A DNA stretch of 64,000 nucleotides, taken from contig OZ241841.1 in assembly GCA_965202665.1 (NCBI GenBank), positions 576,001 through 640,000 of the forward strand, in the 5' to 3' direction. Both the position numbers and the translations under genes were made by a program. This document shows, one piece after another, positions 18,798 through 28,300 of this stretch. The notes below the pieces were generated by a model. It worked only from the letters and a program-made list of their open reading frames with translations, was not told where the DNA came from and ran no database searches. Positions within the stretch are counted from its first letter, which is position 1. Each line of letters opens with the position of its first letter. Origin of the DNA: Candidatus Spongiisociaceae bacterium (GTDB lineage: Bacteria; Actinomycetota; Acidimicrobiia; Spongiisociales; Spongiisociaceae).

Positions 18798-21350
18798 CTA
18801 CTCGTCCAATTCCGCTAATGCCGATGAAAATTCCTCCTCGCTGAAAACCATCCGGAACACCCCCTTCGCTGGACCCCCCCGTACCGTCATTGTGCCATAA
18901 TTGAATGCCTCTTCCAATGCCTCTAATACCCGGCGTTTATAATCAGTATCATCACTACCTCGCATATGCTCCCCTTTTGTCTCATACACAAATATACTGG
19001 GTTTGCCATCATCTTCTCCAGACATAGCGATAAAATCGGGTAAGATTCTCCCTTGCTTCCAACCTCTCAGATAGTAATCACCCTTCTGACCTGTTGCTAC
19101 TCTATGCCACCAACGCAATGCTTTTTGCTCATCTAAATAACGGGCGAAATTCTGTTCCAATTTGGAGTCAAAATCACGAGCAAAAACCGGTTCAAACAAG
19201 CTCAGCTGTAGAGATTCTCCATATCTTTTGTGTAATATTGGTTCATCAGGACTTATGGAGAGTTCAAAACTATCAACTAAACGATAATTGGGCTGACCTG
19301 TCTCTAAATCAAAACGAATTTCTTTCCTTTGTAGTTTATTTACAAAAACTTCCTGAGCTTGCTTATTCAATTTTTCAGATACTTGTTTCCTTAAAATCTG
19401 CGACAAATCTGAACGACGGTCGTAGATTATTTCATTACGATCTTCTGTATTTTCAACTGGATATGAGTAGATCAGTTGCCTGGCTAAACGCGAGGCTTGC
19501 CAAGGATTAGGTACTATATCAGATAAATGACGAGCAAACCAAGATACTTGAATAGATTTGTCTATATGTATTAATTTTTCATTGTATATAGGTTCATATT
19601 CTCCTACATCGACCATAGCACTCTGTTGTCTTACTTTATTAGACAACATATAATTAGGAGGATCAATTTCTATTGAATCCCAATCAACGCTTGGTAAAAT
19701 ATGACGTTGGTAATCTAATTCTTCCCAACCATTGCAACTCGTATGAAGCACCTTAGGAAGAAATATAGTTTGATCACGAAATGGAACACGCCTCACTACC
19801 TTTACTTTCTCCATCTCTAGATCAGAGAAAGCGACCTCCTCTGCTAGGCCTGTAAGTCCCTCTTTTTCCAATCCATTTTTTACCTGCTTTACTACGGTTC
19901 CCACCTCAACATTATGGCAATAAACATAACACTGGTTTAGTAACTCTTGATCTGTAAGGTTTGCATGAGGTTGACGCATAACTCTCCCCACTAATTGAGT
20001 AATAGCAATCTGAGCTTTGGTGTTGTCTAACATTACTAGTATATATGCAAAGGGGCAATCCCAACCTTCCATCAAAGCTGACTTGGTAATGATCCATTGT
20101 ATCGGCGAAAATTCTGACAGAAGATTTTCATTACCTAACTCATCTAATTCCGATGATTTGACTGCAACTTGTTCAGGCGAAATACCCAAATTATGAGTAA
20201 GGTATTCTCTAACATCTTCCGCATGTATATACTCGCCATCTCGTTGATCTTTACCTGTACGTTCTACTCGCACTACTGCAATAGGTCTTATATACCTGCC
20301 CGTATTCATCTGAAGGGATTGCGCTGCTATGCTCAGCTGTTGCAGTTGTTCTTGCGCTTTTGTCAAAGTGTAGTGCCATTCCGTATTGGTATATGATGTA
20401 ATATTTATAGGTACTTTTATCATCTCCGCCTTCTTTAGCTCCATTCCGGTTATGTCTACCAGCAGGTTACTGATTCCTCGATTCGGAGTAGCTGACAACT
20501 CAATCACTAAACTGGGATCGAGTCGATTAACCGTTTCAACAAACTCTTCATTGGTAGCCTTGCGTTTACCATAAGCCTTATGTGCTTCATCTAAGATCAC
20601 CACCGGACGTAGTATTTTCAACACATTAAACAAACTATGTTTTACCGAACCGCCACTACTTAAATCCAAATCCGGGTACTGATTGCGTAAGCGGGCATCG
20701 CCAAACAGGTCATCGCCGTCTGGAAAAAAGGAAGGATAACGTCCCGAATCACGAAATATTCTCAGAAAATCTCTCCCTTTTCTGCGATTGGCAGCAGGTA
20801 ACATCAAAAGCATAATACACATATAGTGCTCTACATCCGCACTCGTAAACAGATTATCCTTTTCCAATAATTTCACTCTACCGCCACTAGCCCGTTCCAA
20901 AGTTTGTCGATAAGGATGTTCCCTATCTTTGAGTGCAATCTTCGTTTGTTCATATATGGACTTCGTAGGTACTATCCATAATGTAAAGTCAGTATCTCTA
21001 TCATCTTCTAGCCGCTGTAAATGATTTAGCCGTTCCAAAACAGATGCCGCCAACAATGTTTTACCACCGCCGGTCGGTACTTTGAAGCAGACATGCGGTA
21101 TTGGTCGATTTGCTCCATCGGTTCGCTTAACATAATCACCTGCGCTCTTAGCAATGTAACCTGACTCAACAAATTTCCGCCAAGCCCTTTGAGGATAATG
21201 GCGAACTTCTTCGCTTAAATATTCTTCACCCACAACACCTTGATCCACACGCTCCATCAAATCTTTGTAGGCGTGGAAAGCCTCGACCAGTGCTTCGTGC
21301 CATTGCACAAAAGTATCAAGGGCCTGCACCTGATATTCTTTCAATTCCAT
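18798..21350 (-). CDS. res: Type III restriction enzyme Res subunit (SF2 helicase/nuclease)
   Basis: KVPTGGGKT, ILDEAH, LSATP, LMEGWDCP, QLVGRVMR, C-terminal PDFIA..YETKG; AT-rich relative to flanks. Confidence 0.88.
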   Translation of the reverse strand: MELKEYQVQALDTFVQWHEALVEAFHAYKDLMERVDQGVVGEEYLSEEVRHYPQRAWRKFVESGYIAKSAGDYVKRTDGANRPIPHVCFKVPTGGGKTLLAASVLERLNHLQRLEDDRDTDFTLWIVPTKSIYEQTKIALKDREHPYRQTLERASGGRVKLLEKDNLFTSADVEHYMCIMLLMLPAANRRKGRDFLRIFRDSGRYPSFFPDGDDLFGDARLRNQYPDLDLSSGGSVKHSLFNVLKILRPVVILDEAHKAYGKRKATNEEFVETVNRLDPSLVIELSATPNRGISNLLVDITGMELKKAEMIKVPINITSYTNTEWHYTLTKAQEQLQQLSIAAQSLQMNTGRYIRPIAVVRVERTGKDQRDGEYIHAEDVREYLTHNLGISPEQVAVKSSELDELGNENLLSEFSPIQWIITKSALMEGWDCPFAYILVMLDNTKAQIAITQLVGRVMRQPHANLTDQELLNQCYVYCHNVEVGTVVKQVKNGLEKEGLTGLAEEVAFSDLEMEKVKVVRRVPFRDQTIFLPKVLHTSCNGWEELDYQRHILPSVDWDSIEIDPPNYMLSNKVRQQSAMVDVGEYEPIYNEKLIHIDKSIQVSWFARHLSDIVPNPWQASRLARQLIYSYPVENTEDRNEIIYDRRSDLSQILRKQVSEKLNKQAQEVFVNKLQRKEIRFDLETGQPNYRLVDSFELSISPDEPILHKRYGESLQLSLFEPVFARDFDSKLEQNFARYLDEQKALRWWHRVATGQKGDYYLRGWKQGRILPDFIAMSGEDDGKPSIFVYETKGEHMRGSDDTDYKRRVLEALEEAFNYGTMTVRGGPAKGVFRMVFSEEEFSSALAELDE

Positions 21351-21355
21351 ATTTA

Positions 21356-23085
21356 TTATCCTTTCTTACTAGGTAAGTGTATCTCATATGGTATTTGGCA
21401 AAATGCTATACCAAGATCACTTAAAAATCGTTGGCCCATATATTTACCGGGCGCAAAAACAATCGCCTTTCTATCTTTGCTTCTATTGCGCTTGCCGATA
21501 CGGACCGCATGTTCTTCTTTGAATATAGAGTCAGGACTTTTCAGCCATTCATGAGAAGGCCGATAAAACAAATAATAATCTCGTTCGTCATCACTATAAA
21601 ATAAGAAGTCCTCATTTCTGGGTGACAAATCATTATAGTTAGACGAAACACCGGAAGCCGTATACAAAATGTAGGCAGCTAAGGCTGGGTATTCCGGCAA
21701 CAATTCGCCGTTTAACATTTCCTCAATTTCGATAGGATCTCCTAGCGTGCAATACGTGAAAGATCCACCTAAACCTTCTGATAATTGTTTATTCTCGGCA
21801 TCCGGAATACCAGCAATCGCCCGACGGATTCTTTCGGCAGTAATTTCATTAGCATAATTTTCGCATTCCACAAGAATAAATTGGCGACTATCATTATTTT
21901 CTTTATTCAATTGTAAAACCGCATGAGCAGTAGTACCGCTACCAGCGAAAGAATCAAGTATTATATCCTTGGAGTTTGGAGCGCCAATTTGCAACAAGTC
22001 ATACATCAACGTTATCGCTTTAGGATATGGAAATGGTATAGATGCATCAGGTATCATATCTTGCAGTGTCACCCCTCCGGCACGGCTTCCGTACTCCGGC
22101 TTATAAAAAACAGTCTTTGGTTTCTCTGTTGGTATGTCCCAAAGCAAAGGGCGTTGCTTCGACTTTATTATGATACTACCATCCTTTCGACGTCCAATAA
22201 CTATTTCAGATGGGTTACTGCGTATCTTATTTTTACCCCATCTCCATATAGCCTTTTCCTTATTTCTAACCTTAGGATAAACTGCTGTATACGGGCCGCC
22301 ATCAGTTGGTTCTTTATCGTCATCCGTAATAACAAAATTACCATCTGGGTCAACAAATATTGGATAGTCCAAAGATTTAGAGTAAGATAAACTCCCTCTT
22401 TGTAGCTGTTCAAGTTTATAATAACCGACTTCGTCTTTATGCCATTCTGAGTGAATAATAGCTTCGTCAACTTCAAAGGACCCTAAAACGGCTTTATTAT
22501 GTATTTTGGCATACGCTAGACAATATTCGTGAGCACCCGCAAAACCAAACTGATCGCTACTGCCCGCAAGATTGGAAACTACAGCTATGCAGGTGATAAA
22601 GTTATCTGCGCCAAAAATTTCGTCCATCATCATTCGGAGATGGTGCTGTTCATTGTCATCAATCGAAACGAAAATGACGCCCTCGTCGGATAAAAGTTCG
22701 CGTAGCAAATGCAAACGAGGCCACATCATGCATAACCATTTATCATGTCGCTCCAAATCCTCACCGTCTACCGGAGCTACTTGTTCGAGCCATTCCTGCA
22801 TCTGAGTACTGTTCACACTGTCGTTATAAACCCAGTCTTCCTTACCCGTGTTATACGGTGGATCAATGTAAATGCATTTAACCCTACCGGCATACCGAGG
22901 CAACAACGCCTTCAGTGCGTGAAGATTGTCGCCTTGGATAATGAGGTTATCGTCAGCCGGGGGGGGGGGGGGGGCGAGTCGCTGGATGGTACGGATTTGG
23001 CCCGGTCAGGCACCAGCGGACGATAGGGCACCGTCAGGTGGTGAGCGTAAATGTACTGCTTGCCCTTGAAATCCAAGGTCGGCAT
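21356..23085 (-). CDS. mod: Type III R-M Mod methyltransferase, frameshifted at a C16 tract (OFF as assembled)
   Basis: 5' frame MPTLDFKGKQYIYAHHLTVPYRPL..., then C16, then a shifted frame ADDNLIIQGDNLHALKALLPRYAGRVKCIYIDPPYN...LDSFAGSGTT; one extra C restores a 576-aa ORF. Confidence 0.88.
22959..22974. repeat. G16/C16 homopolymer inside the mod 5' region
   Basis: 16 consecutive G on the + strand. Confidence 0.95.
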
Positions 23086-23149
23086 CACTCCCTCCCGGTT
23101 CGGTGTCGACACAGATAGTAGCGCCTAAAACTACTACCAACTCGGACGG

Positions 23150-23605
23150 CTAAACGACTTTGCCGTTGCGGGTTTCCACTAGCAGGGTGAAGGGGCCGTT
23201 GTTGCGCGAGTCCACCAGCATCATCGCCCCGAACCGGCCTGAGGCGGTCGGCACCCCTTCGGCTTCCAAACGGGCCGCGAATTCGTCCACCAGGCGAGCC
23301 GCCTGATCGGGGGGCGCCGCGGCGGTGAAACTGGGCCGCCGTCCCCGTCGTACATCGCTCATCAAAGTGAACTGGCTGACCACCAGGGCCGAACCGCCCA
23401 CATTCCGCACCGACAGGTTGAACTTCCCGTCGGCGTCGGCGAAAATCCGCAACCCCGCCACTTTGGAGGCAAGGGCGGCCGCATCGTCTTCGGTATCCTC
23501 CACCGCCACCCCCGTCAAGGCCAAAAGTCCCACGCCCACCTCCCCTACCACTTCCTCCCCCACCATCACTGAAGCCCGATCGACCCGTTGCAGCAACACC
23601 CGCAT
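23150..23605 (-). CDS. dtd: D-aminoacyl-tRNA deacylase
   Basis: [35 protein letters not shown]. Confidence 0.95.
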   Translation of the reverse strand: MRVLLQRVDRASVMVGEEVVGEVGVGLLALTGVAVEDTEDDAAALASKVAGLRIFADADGKFNLSVRNVGGSALVVSQFTLMSDVRRGRRPSFTAAAPPDQAARLVDEFAARLEAEGVPTASGRFGAMMLVDSRNNGPFTLLVETRNGKVV

Positions 23606-23682
23606 CCCACCAAATTACCAGCTCCGTTCCTTACAGTCATCGAGTCGAGCCCTCGTCCAAAATGTTTGGCTGGTTAATACAT

Positions 23683-23967
23683 AGAAATTGTCGCACCCCC
23701 CTATTACGTTGGGAGGTATGAAGCGTATTGCTAATTCCGAGCGGTTGCCGCAGGCGGCTGAACGCGTCGGCGAGGGTGCTGCTACGGGCGGAGAGAATTT
23801 GTCACAGCCCCCGGTTACGTTGGGAAATATGAAGCACATAGCTAATTCCGAGCGGTCACCGCAGGTTGCTGAGCGCGTCTACGCGGGCGTTGCGACGGGT
23901 GGGGAGAATTTGTCACAGCCGCCAGTTACGTTGGGAAATATGAAGCGTATTGCTAATTCCGAACGGC
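23683..23967 (+). repeat. 111-bp tandem repeat (about 2.6 copies), each with a promoter motif and ATG
   Basis: Units start at 23683, 23794, 23905; TGTC(G/A)C-N10-TACGTT at 23689, 23800, 23911; ATGAAGC at 23718, 23829, 23940. Confidence 0.92.
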
Positions 23968-25217
23968 TTCGGGCCGCCGACGAGCAGTTCGGGGCTTGGT
24001 TGGGCATCCTGGGGGAAGAAGCCGCCAATGCCGGGTCTCGGGCTGAGTTGGAGGATGTGGCGAGGGCGGTGAAGCGGGCCAAGTCCCAATTGGCCGCCTT
24101 GGAAACCACTATTGCTTTGCGGTTGTCCCGGGCGGAGGGGAAGCGGGAGGCGGCTGAGATTTTGCGGGATCAGATGGGCATGACCTCCCATCAAGCCAAA
24201 CATCTCACCAAAGTGTCGGAGGGGTTGGCGGAGATGCCCAATACGCGGGCCAAGCTGGCGGCGGGGGAAATCACCTTGGAGCACGCCTCCTCCCTGACCA
24301 ACGCCGCTCAGGAGTGCGGGGCGCGGCGGGTGGACCAGGACAAGGGCCTGTTGGGGGAGGCGGTTGTTTCCAACCCGGACGGGTTTCGCAAGAAGGCCCG
24401 GGAATGGACTTCCGCTAATAGCCGGGACCGGGAAGAAGAGTCTTTGCGGCGGCAACGTGGGCGGCGTAAGGCTTATATGTTTTGGGACCCGGCCAAAGAC
24501 ATGGGGGTGTTGCATGCTGAGTTGGACCGGATCGCTTTTGGGCAGGTGCGGCAGGCTTTGGACCTGGGAGCGGACCGGTTGCGGCGGGATGATTCTGGCC
24601 GCGGGGTTCCTCCCGATGAGGTTCGTTCCAACGAGCAACGACGGGCGGATGCTTTGTTTGAGCTTTTGACCGGTCGTGATTCTGAAACTTTTCAGCCGCT
24701 TCCCGAGGCGGGGACTCCGTCGGGTAAGCCTTCTACGCAGCTGGTGGTGGTGGCTGATATTGGGGTTCTGGACGGCTCCCGGCCGGAGGGGCGGTGCGAG
24801 GTTTTGGGGAGCGGGCCGGTGCCGCCCTCTGTTCTGGGGCGGCTCTCGTCGGATACCGCGCTTTCCGGGATTATTTTCGGGGGGAAAGGACGGGTGCTGT
24901 GGCTGGGGCGCAACCAACGTCTGGCAAACGCCGCTCAGCGGATGGCAGCCGCGGTGCGGGACGGGGGGTGCGTACGATGCGACATTTCCACCCACCAAAC
25001 CCAGTTGCACCATGTTTGGGACTGGTACGACGGCGGCCCCACCGACATCGACAACCTGGCGTCCCTCTGCGGGTCCCACCATCGGCGCTTGCAAGAACGC
25101 AACCTGGAACTTTTCCAGCAAGACGGCAGGTGGAAAACCCGGCCCCGTACCGGAGCCGCCCCGCCGTCGCCCCGAACCGTCAAACCCCCCGCCCGGGCCG
25201 GGCCCTCCGGCGCGTAA
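23718..25217 (+). CDS. DUF222/HNH endonuclease (13E12-repeat-like)
   Basis: QRRADALFEL, LWLGRNQRLANAAQRMAAAVRDGGCVRC, LHHVWDWYDGGPTDIDNLASLCGSHHR; alternative in-frame starts at 23829 and 23940. Confidence 0.9.
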   Translation: MKRIANSERLPQAAERVGEGAATGGENLSQPPVTLGNMKHIANSERSPQVAERVYAGVATGGENLSQPPVTLGNMKRIANSERLRAADEQFGAWLGILGEEAANAGSRAELEDVARAVKRAKSQLAALETTIALRLSRAEGKREAAEILRDQMGMTSHQAKHLTKVSEGLAEMPNTRAKLAAGEITLEHASSLTNAAQECGARRVDQDKGLLGEAVVSNPDGFRKKAREWTSANSRDREEESLRRQRGRRKAYMFWDPAKDMGVLHAELDRIAFGQVRQALDLGADRLRRDDSGRGVPPDEVRSNEQRRADALFELLTGRDSETFQPLPEAGTPSGKPSTQLVVVADIGVLDGSRPEGRCEVLGSGPVPPSVLGRLSSDTALSGIIFGGKGRVLWLGRNQRLANAAQRMAAAVRDGGCVRCDISTHQTQLHHVWDWYDGGPTDIDNLASLCGSHHRRLQERNLELFQQDGRWKTRPRTGAAPPSPRTVKPPARAGPSGA

Positions 25218-25272
25218 CATCGGATTATGGAACCCCGATGGCCGGGCGGCAACCATGATAACGTGCTGGTGG
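25161..25272 (+). repeat. Direct repeat copy 1: HNH 3' end plus abortive plsB 5' end
   Basis: Near-identical to 32605-32733; encodes MEPRWPGGNHDNVLVVA* (25227-25280). Confidence 0.85.
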
Positions 25273-25369
25273 TAGCATAGAAAATGCTTGTTGTCGGCAA
25301 TGCTCTGATCAGCGGCTTGGCCTGGTCGTGTTTTCGGGGTGCGGAGGGTTACTTCGAGAGGAGATTGCG

Positions 25370-28300
25370 GTGAGAAGGGGTACGAAAGGCGGGGCGGCGG
25401 CCCGGGTGGGGTTGGCCGCGGTGTTGGCGGCGGCGATGTTAGCGCCGGAGGGGTTGGGGGAGGCGGCGGCGCAGACGACGCCGGCGGCCTTGCCTGCTAT
25501 TACGTTGAGTGTTACCGAGTTGAGCGATACCTACGGGGAGGATCCCCGGTGGACGCCGGCAACGTCGATTGCAGAAGTCGGGCGGGGGTGGGTGCGGGTG
25601 GTGGCGACGGCGTCGGCGGCTGTAGCGGAGCAGGTGAGCCTGTCGGTGACGGTCGGGGGTGCGGGGAGCACCGCGGGCAAAGGGCCGAGGTCGCGGTCTC
25701 TTGCTCGTGCTCAGAAGGCTGATTACCATACGTCGGCGGACAGCGTAACGGTGACGATTGCCGCCGGGGAAACGTCGGGTTCGTCGGGTGATATCGTGAT
25801 TACGACTCGGGAAGATAATCTGGTGGAAGGGGATGAGACGATCCGGTTCACGGCGGAGGCGCCGGCCGGATATCCGACGATCCCGGCGGCGGAACTGGTG
25901 TTGCTCGACGAAGACGATGATATCCAACTGCTGGTGAGCCCGGAGACGGTGGTGGAGGGAACGGCGGAGACGGTTACGGTTACCGCCGGGTTCCGGAGTG
26001 GAAGGTCGTCGGCGCTGACCTCTGACACGGATGTGACGGTTACGGTGGCTTCGGGCGACGGTCCCAACGGGGCGACTTTGGGATCGTCCGGTGATTTCAC
26101 CACCGACGCGAAGGGGAATCAGGTTACGGTTACCATCCCGGCGGGGAAGGTGGGCGGCAACGCAACGTTCACGCTGACCGCATCCTCGGATGACGCCGAC
26201 GAGGGCGTAGAGAAGGGGAATCTGACCGGAACCGCTTCAGTAGGCGGTTCGGCGGTAACCGTGTCAGGAAACAGTATCGGAATTGTCGACCCCTCCCTCG
26301 GCGTGGGTTTGACCGTGGACGCCGACGCGGACACGCCGGGGATACAGTCCTCGTTGGGTGAAGACGCCGGTAAGGTGACTGTTCGGGTTACCGCGTCCCT
26401 GGCGTCGGGGACCGCGCCGTCCGGAGGTTTGACGATCGGGATAAGCGCGTGGGGCGTCCACCCCGCCCGGGGGAGGCTGAACGAGAGGGGCGGCCGCAGC
26501 CGTGTGTACAAAGGGCCTTCTTCTTTCAGGGCGGGGGATGACTATTGGGTTATCTACCCGTCGGATCAGTCCCCGCGGCCGCCGCGCGGTGACTACCTGG
26601 CGATCCGGATCCCCCAGGGTAAAAGTTCCGGGTCGGCTGACATAACCGTGGCGATGAACGACGACCAGGTGGCCGAAGACGAAGAAACGTTGCTGTTCAC
26701 GGGCGGCGACGTTTCCGCCGGGGGCAACACCTACAGGATAGTCGCCGCGCGGGTGAGCCTCATTGACAACGACGGCAACGACCCGACGCCCGACGCCGAA
26801 AGTATCGGCGTAAAGCCGTCTATTGTGTTGAGTTTTACCAATGGGCAGTCGGCGGTTGCGTCGGTTGATGAGCGGGCGGGGCGGCAGCAGGTTCGGGTGG
26901 TGGCGACGGCGTCGGCGGCTGTTACGGAGCAGGTGAGCCTGTCGGTGGCGGTCGGGGGTGCGGGGAGTACCGCGGGCAAGGGTAGAGGGAAGGGTTATGA
27001 TTATGTGACGTCGGCGGACAGCGCAACGGTGACGATAGCCGCCGGGGAAACGTCTGGTTCGTCGGGTGATATTTTTATCACGCCTGGGGATGATTATCTG
27101 GTGGAGGGGGATGAGACGATCCGGTTCACGGCGGAGGCGCCGGCCGGGTATCAGGCGATCCCGGCGGCGGAACTGGTGTTGCTCGACGAAGATGATGATA
27201 TCGGCCTGCGGGTGAGCCCGACGACGGTGGCGGAGGGCACGAGTGAGACGGTGACTGTAACCACCCGATTCTTCGGGGCGTCGTCGGAGCTGACCTCCGA
27301 CACGGATGTGACAGTTACCGTGGCTTCGGGCGACGGTCCCAACGCGGCGACTTTAGGATCGTCCGGTGATTTCACCACCGACGCAAAGGGGAATCAGTTT
27401 ACGGTTACCATCCCGGCGGGGAAGGTGGGCGGCAACGCAACGTTCACGCTGACCGCAGCCGCGGATAACGCCGACGAGAACGTAGAGAAGGGGAAGCTGA
27501 CCGGAACCGCTTCAGTGGGCGGTTCGGCGGTAACCGTGGAAGGAACCCGTATCAGAATTGTCGACCCCTCCCTCAGTGTGAAATTGACCGTGGACGCCGA
27601 CGCGGACGCGCCGGGGATACAGTCCTCGTTGGGTGAGGACGCCGGTGAGGTGACTGTTCGGGTTACTGCGTCCCTGGCGTCGGGGACCGCGCCGTCCGGT
27701 GGTCTGACGATCGGGGTGAAGGCGTTTGGCGTCGGCGCCAACCAAAGGTTGAAAGGGTACAAGGGGCCTTCTTCTTTCAGGGCGGGGGATGACATATGGA
27801 TTATCTTCCCGTCGGGTCAATCCCCGCCACCGCCGCGCGGTTACGACCTGGCGATCCGGATCCCCCAGGGCAAGAGTTCCGGGTCGGCTGACATGACCGT
27901 GGTGATGCACGACGACCAGGTGGCCGAAGACGAGGAAACGTTGCGGTTCGAGGGGCGCGACGTTGCCGCCGGGGGCAACATCTACAGGATAGTCGCCGCG
28001 CAGGTGAGGCTCATCGACAACGACGGCAACGACCCGCCGCCCGCCGCCGAAAGTATCGGCGTAAAGCCGTCTATTGTATTGAGTCTTACCAATACGTCGA
28101 TTGAAGAGGCGGCCGGTGGGCGGGTACGGGTGGTGGCGACGGCGTCGGCGGCTGTCGCGGAACAGGTGAGCGTGTCGGTGACGGTCGGGGGTGCGGGGAG
28201 TACCGCGGGCAAAGGGTCGAGAGCTGATTATCGGACGACGGCGGACAGCGTAACGGTGACTATTGCCGCCGGGGAAACTTCTGGTTCGTCGGGCAACATC

